DNA from: a virus
Direction: 5' to 3' (one strand)
Virus record (IMG/VR): IMGVR_UViG_3300031949_000029
Coordinates: 420 to 64,419 of that record
DNA length: 64,000 bases
The notes beneath the pieces are model-generated. The model made no database searches, was not told where the DNA came from, and saw nothing but the letters and a program-made list of their open reading frames with translations. Position numbers and translations under genes: made by a program. The stretch's first letter is position 1. Each line of letters starts with the position of its first letter. This document shows, piece by piece, positions 23,180 through 33,129 of the stretch.

Positions 23180-24193
23180 ATCCCCTTGCTCCAAATCACT
23201 TACGAGCTTTAGGCGGCGCCGTTTTGCCGTCACTTCCGAGATTCCTAGGGCTGTAGCCAAGGCCCTGTCCTTGGCCCCAGCAGGCAGATCTCCAGGCAAG
23301 GTGTCTAGGATCTTTGCCACTGCAGACATCGCGTCTTCGCCGGTGTTGGTGATAATAGCGCCGCCCTCGTGGACGGTTAGCACTAGTTGATCCACTAGAT
23401 CAGACACCTGGCTTTTAGTATGCGTCAGCGTTATGTTTCTTGGGTACGCAGCTTTGACCCTGTTGACTCTATGTGAGACCCGGACTCCCACTGTTGCATG
23501 ATCAAGCCACGCCTGGGAGCCGCTAAATGACTCAGCCAGCATGGCTTCGGTCTGTTCTTCGCTGGCTACCGCTGGTGGACTAACCTTCCTGTCATGATGA
23601 ATAATCACGATGACCGCCTCTGGAAACATCCGCTTCAACACAGTGTAGGCTTTGTATGGCGAAGTGGCATTGATCATGTCTAGCTGTTGAATCGACCTCA
23701 AGGCGTCGACAAACACTGCCTTGAACGGATACCGACGTCTGACCCGTGCCAGGTTAGCCAGAATCGCTATGTCACCGGCGTTCTTAGGGTGGTCATCTAG
23801 CAGGTCAAAGTTGTTGTCGGTTCTGACTAGCCTAAGCATCTCAGGCGTTGGCCTGAACCGCTCGCCGATTGCTTGCATTCTAGCCCTGATGCCGGCTCTA
23901 GGGCTGTCCGCTTCAATGTACAACACCGGGGCCGGTTCACTAGCTTTTAGCCCAAACACTTGCCTGCCGGTAGCGATTGCACAGGCCATGGTGAAGGTCA
24001 AAGGTGTTTTGTAGGTTCCGAAGCGGCCATACAGCAGTACTATCCCGCTAGCCGGCACATATGGGTAGATCAGGAATGGGACTTGTTCGTCTTTCTCGGC
24101 CAGCAGCTCGTCGATTGAAACATCGAAGGGTTCAGCTACTGGTTCAACTGGTGGCTCAGCTTTCTTTTCCTGGGCCTGATCTTCGTTTGCTAT
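23150..24193 (-). CDS. AAA_25 / RepA-like helicase-type ATPase with C-terminal HTH; probable ATA start
   Basis: Walker A LYGRFGTYKT, LYIEAD, VFVDAL, IIHHDRK; AAGGAGG 6 nt before an in-frame ATA. Confidence 0.75.
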   Translation of the reverse strand: MANEDQAQEKKAEPPVEPVAEPFDVSIDELLAEKDEQVPFLIYPYVPASGIVLLYGRFGTYKTPLTFTMACAIATGRQVFGLKASEPAPVLYIEADSPRAGIRARMQAIGERFRPTPEMLRLVRTDNNFDLLDDHPKNAGDIAILANLARVRRRYPFKAVFVDALRSIQQLDMINATSPYKAYTVLKRMFPEAVIVIIHHDRKVSPPAVASEEQTEAMLAESFSGSQAWLDHATVGVRVSHRVNRVKAAYPRNITLTHTKSQVSDLVDQLVLTVHEGGAIITNTGEDAMSAVAKILDTLPGDLPAGAKDRALATALGISEVTAKRRRLKLVSDLEQGDLGSPPLIQN

Positions 24194-24225
24194 AGCTGGC
24201 CTCCTTTAGAACGCTAGCCTCTAGT

Positions 24226-24672
24226 TTACTTCGGCGCCGTACTCGCTCTCAAGGGGTCACCGGGGATCAGGGTCTGGGGCTTGGGCTGTGTTGCTCGTGG
24301 CTTCCCGTGAGCGAACCACCGGCTCTTGGGTAGGTTTCGGTAGTGACGGTTCCCACAGATCGGCTGGCAGAACATCGCGGTTCGGCGCTTGGCCAGGAAC
24401 TTCCGACTGCACTCCTTGTACTGACACTCCCTGGGAGTCAGCTTGTGGCGTTGGCGTCTGGTCTTGGGCGGCGACACTTTGATCTTGAGCGTCCTGGCCA
24501 CAGCTGTCTGTGGTGTCTTGGGCAACGCCGCTTGCCCCCTTACGATCGACACCGCAGTCTTGCCCAATGCCATTGCTTGTGTCATCAGGCGGTCGGTTAC
24601 GCGGGCCGTCAGATCCTGGGCCAGTTCCTCCGCCAGCCCGTCGATCAGCTTCTCGATCCTGTTCTTTCTCAT
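24226..24672 (-). CDS. CGNR-type zinc-finger protein
   Basis: CQYKECSRKF...FCQPICGNRHYR. Confidence 0.55.
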   Translation of the reverse strand: MRKNRIEKLIDGLAEELAQDLTARVTDRLMTQAMALGKTAVSIVRGQAALPKTPQTAVARTLKIKVSPPKTRRQRHKLTPRECQYKECSRKFLAKRRTAMFCQPICGNRHYRNLPKSRWFAHGKPRATQPKPQTLIPGDPLRASTAPK

Positions 24673-24875
24673 TGATTCTCCTTACTAGCGAATAGGGACT
24701 AATATTGGCAGGGCGCCTGGTACTCTCAAAAGCTACCGTTCGCCCCTCAACCGTGGTGAACTCGCGTCTGTCCTTAGCCACCGGCACGATCAACGCTCGA
24801 CAGTCGTTGACACGCTTGACACGCCAAAGCTCTCCACCGTCTTCGATCAGCTCGCCTGGCTGTAGACGCTTGGCC

Positions 24876-25301
24876 CTAATTCGGCGAAAGCCCTGTGTCA
24901 GAGGCACTGGTGATCTCCTTGGAATAAAGCCACTCAGGGCATTTGGGCCCCTGAATGATTTCTAGTAGCTTGACACTGCTACCGCCAACTGCCAGGTACT
25001 CTGCTTGGCTAAAACCGAGGTTCTTTCGGTAGGTCTCAACAGCCTTGGCAGTTACTAGCACGGCGATCTCTTCTGGCACATACGCTATGTCAGCAGGCGC
25101 TGTAGCCGAGAACCTGCGCTTCTGATCCTGACCACTCCATGGGTCATTGCCTGGATCCTCTGGGTCATGAATCCTGAGGCGCCCAGTGATCTTCCATGGC
25201 TCAGTATCAGTGTCCTTATGCAGGCAAATCATCAGGTCGCAGCCGGGACCTGCGGCCATCCAGATCCCGGCTATGTAGCTTTTTTCAGTTAGTTCGAGCA
25301 T
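24876..25301 (-). CDS. Hypothetical protein
   Basis: 141-aa ORF. Confidence 0.5.
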   Translation of the reverse strand: MLELTEKSYIAGIWMAAGPGCDLMICLHKDTDTEPWKITGRLRIHDPEDPGNDPWSGQDQKRRFSATAPADIAYVPEEIAVLVTAKAVETYRKNLGFSQAEYLAVGGSSVKLLEIIQGPKCPEWLYSKEITSASDTGLSPN

Positions 25302-25319
25302 AGCAGTGGTAACTTTCTT

Positions 25320-27014
25320 CTACTCGACTGCTGGTGCCTGCCCGTTCCCAGCGCCATGCTCATGGGCCGCCAGCAGTACCTCAGGAGCCTCATTTCGAAC
25401 CTTTATGACTCCTACCTCGATCCCCTTCACCAGCTCTTGGCCGATGATCCTAGCCCCCAGTTCCAGCTTGCTCTGGCTCGGCTTCGGCTTCCGGTTGATC
25501 AGTTCGAGCTGACGAGCCAGGGAGCGGGCAGCCCCAAGTAGATCTGCACTGGTCAGATTCAGCGCGACTGTCCCTGGTGCTGACCGCTTGATGGCCGACA
25601 GCTTGGCACGGTCCACGCAAGACCGGACCGCAGCTGGGTTGTAGCCGTCCAAAGCCTTTCCAACCGCTGTCAGATCGGTGTCGGGAGCGATCTGCGCGCC
25701 ACCGTAGAGCCGCAGGAGTTTCTGGGCTGCCACCTGATCTGGCGCTGTAATATGAATCATCACGTCGATTCGCCCGTTACGCAGCATCACTGGCTGGATC
25801 GCCTCGGCGTTGTTGCTGGTCAACACCACCATCACGTCCGCGCCCTTGGTCTCGATCCCATCCAGGATATTGAGGATCCGGTCCATTGCGGCATCCCGCT
25901 CACCCGATCCGATCCGGTCAATATCTTCGCAGAACAGCACTGCCGGCGCATACTGGACCGCGAACAGCATGGCCTCGTTGAAGTCTTTGATCTCTTTGAC
26001 GTAGATGACGGTGATGCCGTGGCGCGTTGCCTTCTTGGCAGCAACCATTGCGGCCAGGGTTTTGCCGGTTCCAGGCGGTCCTTCCAGCAGCACTCCCCAT
26101 TTGCCCGGAACCTCGTGAGCCTTCACGTCTTCTCGGCGCTCCAAGTGCGTGAAGAAATAGTTGTTGATCTCGAAGTCCACTGCCTCCGGGAAGACCAAGC
26201 CATCCTCAGCGACTGAGGCTACGTCGAGGAACTTGACCTCAGCCATTTGCAGCCGTTCTCCACCTTCATCGGTGAACTTGATCCCCACAGCCTGGCCTCG
26301 ATAGATCGACTGCTCCTTGATCCACAGCTTGATGTCGTCGGCGATGGCTTTCAGGGTAGGCTCGAACTTGCGCCTGATCGTGGCAGCCAGTACGAAGCAG
26401 AGCAGGCCACGTTGCTCAGTAGCACCACAGCTGATCTTCCCGTCGATCCCGGGCACCGAGAACTCTCCCCAGCAGATTTGGACGGTCTTTCCATAGCCTG
26501 ACTCGATGCTGATGATCTTGGGCTTGACTGACCCGAACCAGCTTTCTACCGGCTCGGCACTTGCCCAGCCGAAGCGAGCCTTCAGTACGTGCCCTAGTGC
26601 ATGAGCCCCGTCCCATGGAAAGCAGTTGATCGTCTCTTGGAACGTAACCACTTCCTCGTCGTATCTTTTCATCCGCTGGAGGCAATCGATCGCGTCATCC
26701 AGAGTGACCCCATCAGGGATCTGGAACTTGCCACCTCGGATGATCTCAGCCTGCAGCACCTTGGTTTTCTTGATAGCCGCCATGTCCTTGGGCTCCTTGG
26801 TAATGTCTTCCATCTTGGCTTCGGTCTGCTCTTCCTTGTCAGTAGATGCGGGGGTCCTGTAAAACTTACAGGTCTGGCATCGGCAACCAGAGTGATACTT
26901 AGAGCACAGCGAACAGGGGCAGTTGACACCGTCAATCTTAGGAGGAACAACTGGCAGCATCACCCCCAGGGCTAGTTGTTCGCAGCCGGCGCATTGGCAA
27001 CTCGTGCTCGCCAT
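25320..27014 (-). CDS. AAA+ ATPase (start may be the ATG at 26813)
   Basis: LLEGPPGTGKT, LFCEDID, VLTSN...MLRNGRID. Confidence 0.88.
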   Translation of the reverse strand: MASTSCQCAGCEQLALGVMLPVVPPKIDGVNCPCSLCSKYHSGCRCQTCKFYRTPASTDKEEQTEAKMEDITKEPKDMAAIKKTKVLQAEIIRGGKFQIPDGVTLDDAIDCLQRMKRYDEEVVTFQETINCFPWDGAHALGHVLKARFGWASAEPVESWFGSVKPKIISIESGYGKTVQICWGEFSVPGIDGKISCGATEQRGLLCFVLAATIRRKFEPTLKAIADDIKLWIKEQSIYRGQAVGIKFTDEGGERLQMAEVKFLDVASVAEDGLVFPEAVDFEINNYFFTHLERREDVKAHEVPGKWGVLLEGPPGTGKTLAAMVAAKKATRHGITVIYVKEIKDFNEAMLFAVQYAPAVLFCEDIDRIGSGERDAAMDRILNILDGIETKGADVMVVLTSNNAEAIQPVMLRNGRIDVMIHITAPDQVAAQKLLRLYGGAQIAPDTDLTAVGKALDGYNPAAVRSCVDRAKLSAIKRSAPGTVALNLTSADLLGAARSLARQLELINRKPKPSQSKLELGARIIGQELVKGIEVGVIKVRNEAPEVLLAAHEHGAGNGQAPAVE

Positions 27015-27017
27015 CTA

Positions 27018-27251
27018 CTAACTCTCCTTTCTCTTGTACTCCTGCTTCAAGATCTCGTAGCGGGCCAGGTCGTAGGCGGAGAGCGAACGGCCGGTCAGTG
27101 CTAGGCAAGTCAACCCAGTTACCATGGGATGGGGGTCCTTGAAGGCCGCTCCCAGCCTAAACATGGTATCGCCACGGCCAGGCTCCACCCAGCGAGTCCC
27201 CAGGGAATCCAGGAAGCGAGAGAGCAGTGTTGGGTAAACATGGGTGTTCAT
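27018..27251 (-). CDS. Hypothetical protein
   Basis: 77 aa; operon-style overlap. Confidence 0.4.
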   Translation of the reverse strand: MNTHVYPTLLSRFLDSLGTRWVEPGRGDTMFRLGAAFKDPHPMVTGLTCLALTGRSLSAYDLARYEILKQEYKRKES

Positions 27252-27444
27252 GGTTCTGCTTCTTTCTTTTCCTTCTTCCCTATCATTAGCTCAAATGGCC
27301 CTATGTCGATCCATAGCCAACAACATGGAGATGCCGGGCCATGCCAGTCGAGCCCCCACAACCTAGGATCCCAGGTGAACCCAAGCATGAGCAAGCCTAG
27401 ATGCAAGCAGGTTCCAGAATGGGTTCCATGCAGCCTGATCCAAC

Positions 27445-27768
27445 TCATGGCTCTAACCCTCTCCAACCCTCCTGCTCCTGACGCCTGAACCATTCGTCTA
27501 GGGTCTCGTTGCCGGCCAGCTTCCTGATTGTATCGGCCATCCACTGTTGCTGACGAGCATTGACAGCCTGACAGTGCCGCTTGTGGGAGCCCCTGGCTAC
27601 CCTAGGAATCTGAAGACTCAATGGATTCGGCTTGGCCTCGGAGTAGCCTTTGGGGGTTAGAGCATCGTTGAGCTTCCCCAAGACCCCCAGCTGGTCTTCC
27701 AGGCGTTCCAGCTTGGCCAACCTATCCATGAAACCAGTAGCCAGAACTACTTTGTCGAGTCTAGGCAT
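27445..27768 (-). CDS. Hypothetical protein
   Basis: 107-aa ORF. Confidence 0.4.
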   Translation of the reverse strand: MPRLDKVVLATGFMDRLAKLERLEDQLGVLGKLNDALTPKGYSEAKPNPLSLQIPRVARGSHKRHCQAVNARQQQWMADTIRKLAGNETLDEWFRRQEQEGWRGLEP

Positions 27769-27777
27769 CAGAGCCCC

Positions 27778-28173
27778 CTAGCAGTGGAACCGCAGCACAC
27801 AGATCTCCCGGCGTTGCGTATCGGAGTCGTAGTAGGCGTGCTTAAAGAACCGCCAAATGACTTCTCCGCGTGGGTTTTTCTTCGTCGGCCACTCGTACTT
27901 CGGCTCGTCTTTGAACCAGATAGCCTCCAGATTGTGATAGTCACAGAAGATCACCTGATCCTGGCAAGGGTCATTGTCGAGGGTTGTAACACTTACCTGG
28001 TGTTGTTTGAGTGGATAACCGCTGGGTGGAGTTACTGGTGGCGACTCTTCCTCTGGACAGCTACGAATGACCAGGCCAGCGTCAGGGGTGGTGTGGATCA
28101 GGCCGGCCAGCAGCCAACTTAATAGCAAGAGCATCCATAAAATCACCAATACCTTAGCTATCTTCCTCATCAT
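27778..28173 (-). CDS. Membrane-anchored hypothetical protein
   Basis: N-terminal TM helix; ATGA overlap with the upstream stop. Confidence 0.45.
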   Translation of the reverse strand: MMRKIAKVLVILWMLLLLSWLLAGLIHTTPDAGLVIRSCPEEESPPVTPPSGYPLKQHQVSVTTLDNDPCQDQVIFCDYHNLEAIWFKDEPKYEWPTKKNPRGEVIWRFFKHAYYDSDTQRREICVLRFHC

Positions 28174-28664
28174 CCTGTTCCTCCCTCCAGAGTTTTCATC
28201 ACTGCGGCCAATGCTTGTGCCAGACCCTGGCTCTGAGTCTCTTTGGCCAGCGCCTTGGCATCTACCCTGACACAGATCGAGCAGTACAGACGCCGTTTCA
28301 AACCATGCGGACAAGAATCCTTAGCCGGCTCACCTGTCTTGTTCAGGATCCTGGCTGGAGCTGGCGCTATGACCTGCTCTGGGTCTGGCGTCACTGGTAT
28401 ACCGTCGACCGGGTCTACTAGGCCATCCGGGCTGTCCACTGCCACCAGTTCTTCGGCTGCTGGGTATGCTTGCCACCAGGTACAATCACATGGAGCGGTC
28501 TGTTTGGGACAGTGCCGGATGCAGGGCTGCCCAGAACAACTACAATGTTTGCCTCTCCACTTGCCCATGCGTGGTTTAGCTGCTTGGTCTAGGGCTACCC
28601 TTAGCTCCTGTTCCAACCGCCACAGCAGTAACTTACCGTCATACTCGTCATACTCGGTTGTCAT
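28170..28664 (-). CDS. Cys-rich hypothetical protein
   Basis: CSCSGQPCIRHC and CPHG...CSIC motifs. Confidence 0.5.
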   Translation of the reverse strand: MTTEYDEYDGKLLLWRLEQELRVALDQAAKPRMGKWRGKHCSCSGQPCIRHCPKQTAPCDCTWWQAYPAAEELVAVDSPDGLVDPVDGIPVTPDPEQVIAPAPARILNKTGEPAKDSCPHGLKRRLYCSICVRVDAKALAKETQSQGLAQALAAVMKTLEGGTG

Positions 28665-28669
28665 TCCGC

Positions 28670-28990
28670 TTAGACTCCCTCAGGATCGCGCACTCCATCT
28701 AGGCAGGCATCCAAGATGGCGTCTTTGATCTTGGCTTCTTTTTTCTCCTTATCGCTCTGGGCTGCAGTGACGTCTCCTGCTTCTAGCAGGTTCTGGAGCA
28801 TCTCCTTGAACAGATCCCAGCGGTCTGTTCCTTGGGCCGAGATCATGGACATGCCCAGTGCTACCATTGACACCATGGTCAAGCCGTCCGCCTTGATCCC
28901 TAGCACATCCAGAGCCTTCATGATGTCTTTGCCTCTGGCATAGACGTTGTCCATGGCCTGGTCAACAGCCGCATCGTTTGCCTGTTCCAT
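28670..28990 (-). CDS. Small helical hypothetical protein
   Basis: 106 aa; see the paralog finding. Confidence 0.5.
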   Translation of the reverse strand: MEQANDAAVDQAMDNVYARGKDIMKALDVLGIKADGLTMVSMVALGMSMISAQGTDRWDLFKEMLQNLLEAGDVTAAQSDKEKKEAKIKDAILDACLDGVRDPEGV

Positions 28991-29158
28991 CTCTTTCTTC
29001 TCCTTGGATCAGCAGGGCCAGTTCCTCGGACTCCTCGCGCTCGGCCTGAGCGATGGCTTCCAGTAGCGAGCGTCGGCCGTATAGGGGCAAGCGTCCGGTG
29101 TCAGACCCGGCGATAACCGCCTTGGCAGCAGCCAGTAGCCGCCGCGCCGTGGCGGGGG

Positions 29159-29635
29159 TCACGAGACCGGCTCCAGCCAATCCGGCCGGTACTCACGAAC
29201 CCACGCCTCAATGTTGACCACCGCGCGGTGGATCTGCTCGCATTGCCAGACCACATACTCGGAGCGGATCACGGCGACGAATGCTTCGACCGCGGCCGTC
29301 ATGGCCGGCGTGATCTCGCTCGGATCGTCACCGCCCCCGTATTCCTCGTCGAGGTCTTCCAAGACCCGCTCCAGGATCGTCGCGGGGTCGGGGTAGCCTG
29401 CGTCCAGCCTCCGCCGCGTGTAGCCGTAGACCGTGATGGCGTCGCCGAACGCCTCCTTGAGCGTGACGAGCACGTCGCACCTTGCCGAGAGTCGGCCGTT
29501 GAAGTAGCTCTCGATCGCCTCGTCCGGCTCGCTGTCGCTCAGCGTCTCGGCCGCGTCATTGCAGGAGTAGAGGTCGCAGGCCCAGAAGCCTTCCGCGTCG
29601 CCCTTCGGGTGTTGGTACAGTTGTCGTGTGTTCAT
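29159..29635 (-). CDS. Acidic hypothetical protein
   Basis: ATGA overlap at 29632-29635; GC-rich patch. Confidence 0.5.
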   Translation of the reverse strand: MNTRQLYQHPKGDAEGFWACDLYSCNDAAETLSDSEPDEAIESYFNGRLSARCDVLVTLKEAFGDAITVYGYTRRRLDAGYPDPATILERVLEDLDEEYGGGDDPSEITPAMTAAVEAFVAVIRSEYVVWQCEQIHRAVVNIEAWVREYRPDWLEPVS

Positions 29636-29919
29636 CGTGTCCTTCTTACCTGCTGGAGATTGTGGCGCGCGACGAAGCCTCCTGCCACAAGAACGGCCCC
29701 ACGCAGGACCCACGGGGCGCACTTCGACCGCCGCTGGAGCCTAGTATCGATATAGGTGAGCGCTGCGGCGCTGGCTATGTGCGATCCGATCATGACCGCG
29801 CGGTTCCGCATGAGCGGATTCGCCTCGATGACGCCCGGCTGGCGTCGAGCGTAGAGTGTTGACCCGGCGTCCGCACCCAGGCTCAGCGAGTAGATCAGAA
29901 TCGGCGTAGCAATGCTCAT
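29632..29919 (-). CDS. Membrane hypothetical protein
   Basis: Hydrophobic segments; EANPLM motif. Confidence 0.45.
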   Translation of the reverse strand: MSIATPILIYSLSLGADAGSTLYARRQPGVIEANPLMRNRAVMIGSHIASAAALTYIDTRLQRRSKCAPWVLRGAVLVAGGFVARHNLQQVRRTR

Positions 29920-30116
29920 CAGCTTGTCTCCTCAGGCGCTTTGTACTGATCTAGATGGTCCAGTGCCTTCCAGACCACAGAACGTACCCAAGAACTGCTA
30001 TGTTGCCCTAGGATGCTAAAGGCCCTGATACAGTGAAGCAGTACAGGATCCGGTGTGCTGTCCTCTAGCTGCTGGGCCAACCGCTGCACCTGGGCAGCCA
30101 AATGGCTAGGTGTCAT
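29919..30116 (-). CDS. Hypothetical protein
   Basis: 65 aa; overlapping starts and stops. Confidence 0.4.
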   Translation of the reverse strand: MTPSHLAAQVQRLAQQLEDSTPDPVLLHCIRAFSILGQHSSSWVRSVVWKALDHLDQYKAPEETS

Positions 30117-30748
30117 CGGACTTCCATGGCCTGCCTCGCGAGGGAGAGCAAGTCAAGTGTGTAATTACTTTTCCTAGCCTTCACCACCGCCGCCTTCACC
30201 ACCGCCGCGGCAGCCCACGCCGCCGCCGCCACGGCATCGCCTGCCGCGTGGGCTGCGGCAGCCCACGCCGCCGCCCACGCTGCCACCCTGGCCGCCGTCG
30301 CCGGCCTGGCTGCCAGCGCCCCAGCTGCCGATCTGTCTGTACCAGCAAGCCAGTCGTCGGCCCAACGCTGCCACGTCTTATCCCGCCAGACTTCCTTGGC
30401 AACTAGGATTCCATAGGCGGTTGTGTTCACCGGCGACAATTTCGGCAACTCAATCATGCGTACCGTAGTCAAGGTCTTCGCTCCCGACTTGAGTTGTCCC
30501 TCATGCTTTACCACTTCCCCGACCAGCACCTCCCATCCCAAAGGCTTTAAGTAGTTTGCGTGGATTGGGTTGTGCAGCACCGCGAGCAGAGGATCAGCAT
30601 AGTAGTGTATCCAGCCACTTGTGCAAAGCGGTAGCTCCCCAGGCTCGGCGGTATGCGTGACTCCCTCGCCCCATAGCAGCCCGCCGTAGCTCTTGTGGTC
30701 CTGATCAGTCAACTTGCAGAGCATCGTTACCTCCTCCAGGGTTTGCAC
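30113..30748 (-). CDS. Phage protein with Ala/Trp-rich repeats
   Basis: CTSGWIH N-terminal domain and AAWAAAWAAAA repeats. Confidence 0.6.
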   Translation of the reverse strand: MQTLEEVTMLCKLTDQDHKSYGGLLWGEGVTHTAEPGELPLCTSGWIHYYADPLLAVLHNPIHANYLKPLGWEVLVGEVVKHEGQLKSGAKTLTTVRMIELPKLSPVNTTAYGILVAKEVWRDKTWQRWADDWLAGTDRSAAGALAARPATAARVAAWAAAWAAAAHAAGDAVAAAAWAAAAVVKAAVVKARKSNYTLDLLSLARQAMEVR

Positions 30749-31083
30749 TCCGGGGTTGCTAGTGCTATTGCTCTTCCTCCTTTAGAATCGTGACCCGCTC
30801 GAACGCTTGGCGAGAGCCATTGATCGAAAACCCCTGCTCGGCCACGCGAGTCATGGCCCGTTGCGCTTCTGCCCAATCCGTGTACGGCCCCACAGTCGTG
30901 CGCCCCTCGCGATACTCCGACGCGGTCACAACCGCAAACTGCATCATCTTTTCTTGCTCCATTCCGCAGCCCGACACAGGCTGCTGAACCCCAGCAGAAA
31001 CCTGGGCGTGGTCCGAAGCCCTACCAGCCTCCGCATGTCCTGACACCAAAAGCTACCTGAGATCATCGGCTTCTCCTTTATTC

Positions 31084-31404
31084 CTACTCCTGAATCTCTG
31101 GCGCCCTAGCCATGTCGGCTCGACGCTTCTCTGCTTGGCTCTCCAGGGTCTTCACAGTAGCCAGGTCCACGCCGGCCGGCAAGAGCACCTTGAGAACCAA
31201 GGCTTGAAAGAACTTCCAAGCTCCCGGGAGCTTTACCGTATTGCTAGCAACCAGGTTGATGCTGTAGGAGACCAGCGCACAAGCCACAAAGGTTGACGAC
31301 TTGACACCAGCCGCTATTAGGATTCCTTGGAGCCTCTGCCCTTCAAGCATGATCTCCTTGAGAAGCTCCTGGTCCATCCCGTCCAATGGATTGTCGGTTT
31401 CCAT
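31084..31404 (-). CDS. Small helical hypothetical protein
   Basis: 106 aa with AGGAG RBS. Confidence 0.5.
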   Translation of the reverse strand: METDNPLDGMDQELLKEIMLEGQRLQGILIAAGVKSSTFVACALVSYSINLVASNTVKLPGAWKFFQALVLKVLLPAGVDLATVKTLESQAEKRRADMARAPEIQE

Positions 31405-31418
31405 CTCGCTTCTCCTTG

Positions 31419-31652
31419 TCAGAGTGTGATATCGCTGTCGGCTACTCCGGCTACCGCCGGCCCCATGAATCTGTAGTACCAGGTCCCTGTGAGCTGGCTG
31501 AGCCAGAACTCATGGTAGATCCCGAAACCTGGCTCCAGGATCTCTGGGTCTGGCATGAACACCCGGTTGGCGGCGACAAATACTGAAGGCCGAGAACGTT
31601 TGACCATCGGCATGCGCTGGTATGTTGCTGCTCCTAGCTCGCCAATTCCCAT
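31419..31652 (-). CDS. Hypothetical protein
   Basis: GAGGAG RBS before the ATG at 31652. Confidence 0.45.
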   Translation of the reverse strand: MGIGELGAATYQRMPMVKRSRPSVFVAANRVFMPDPEILEPGFGIYHEFWLSQLTGTWYYRFMGPAVAGVADSDITL

Positions 31653-31923
31653 CTCCTCTTCTCCTTGTCCTAAGGCCGATCCAGATTGAAAGCCCCTTGG
31701 GGGTCCCGCCGGCCGGCCGGCGGTCGCCCCGCGTCCGGGTCTCGGGCAAATTTCCCGGTCCCGCCCCCTGCCCACCATGCTCATTTAGCTGGGTCGGGCG
31801 GGCTCTGGTCACCAACCGATGCGCGGACTATCAGAACGGGCCCTATGCTTCATTCGATCCGACTGCCCCAGGCCCTGGGGGATCCGTACCGAAAGCCCGG
31901 GGGCCGCCAGAATGAAGGGGGGT

Positions 31924-31943
31924 GAGAGAGAGAGAGAGAGAGA
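31924..31943. repeat. (GA)10 microsatellite
   Basis: Ten perfect GA units in a non-coding region. Confidence 0.9.
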
Positions 31944-32082
31944 CAACCGAGCACTGGCAGGCTGCAGCAGATAGCTAGTCATAGAAACTAGCACGTCAGG
32001 TGCTGAAGGTGGCCCCAGGAAAAGTGCCCGGGTGGGGGGCCTCTCCCGGTGGTGGGGGTAGGGATAGATTGCCGACTGCGCC

Positions 32083-32123
32083 AAGACAAAGCAAAAGAGG
32101 CTAGCTGTCCGAGCCTAGCCTCT
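32083..32123 (-). terminator. Probable intrinsic terminator
   Basis: AGAGGCTA/TAGCCTCT stem followed by TTTGCTTTGTCTT. Confidence 0.55.
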
Positions 32124-32531
32124 GAACGGCTCACGCTACGTCTAGCTTTGGCTTACTGAGCCTTTGTCTTCTTTGGTCTGCCAGGCCCACCAGGATGCCG
32201 CTTGCGCGGCCACCGCGGGTCCGGCTTTGGCTGAAGCAAGTTGATGCGGATCATCCTCTGCTACCTCCCTAGCGTCGCGCAGTCAACGCACTCCACGCCG
32301 CGCTGCCACGTCATCTGGTGGCACAACGCGCACCAGCGATAGCACGCGCCGCACAGGACAGCCAGGTTCACCTCTAGGTCCCTGGCCCTGAGCGCGGTCT
32401 CGGTGGCATACGCGCCCACGGGAGGCGCGGGACGGGCCGGTCTGGGGGCGAGTAGGTTCAAGTGCATCATGGTCTACCTCACAAGCAAACGGGGGGCAGG
32501 TTGCCCCACCCCCCTGGTTAGGTCGAGGTAG

Positions 32532-32864
32532 CTACTTCGCGCGGCTGGCCAGCGCGGCGACGGCCTTGACCACGCTCGGCTCCACGATGCTGATGTAGGC
32601 GTCGAGAGCGATGCTGCGCCACTTGTCGGGACCGTCGAAGACGATGAACAGCCGGCCGTTGTCACCGGCTTGCAGCTTGACCGCGACGGTCTTGGTCGAT
32701 CCCTCGTGCTGCATCGGGATGGACGTGGAGCCGTCCTCCACGTCGTGGTAGGCGCCCTTGCGCCCGGCCCGGCCCTTGGGCGCGGCCGTCACGCCGCCAC
32801 CCTGGAGCGCCTTGGCCAACTCGGCCAACTGCAGGAGACCTGCCAACGGGTTGTTGCTTCCCAT
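32532..32864 (-). CDS. Hypothetical protein
   Basis: 110 aa; GC-rich codon usage. Confidence 0.55.
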   Translation of the reverse strand: MGSNNPLAGLLQLAELAKALQGGGVTAAPKGRAGRKGAYHDVEDGSTSIPMQHEGSTKTVAVKLQAGDNGRLFIVFDGPDKWRSIALDAYISIVEPSVVKAVAALASRAK

Positions 32865-33129
32865 CTTACCCTCTTACCGGAACCGTGTCGGCCCCATGCC
32901 GGCATCGCCCGGGTTTCCTACACTGCGTAGGTATCTCGGGCATCGCGCCCGAATACGAGAGGACAGCGCGTGGGCTCATCCCATGCGCACCCAGGCTGTG
33001 CCATAGGCCCCCATCCCATGATGCGCGGATAGGCTGCGAGGTCGAATGACTACGAGGTCAGTTGGGATCAGATCAGAGCGGCTACAAGCCGGGCATTATG
33101 CCTAGATGACATAACATTTCTTATCGGAC

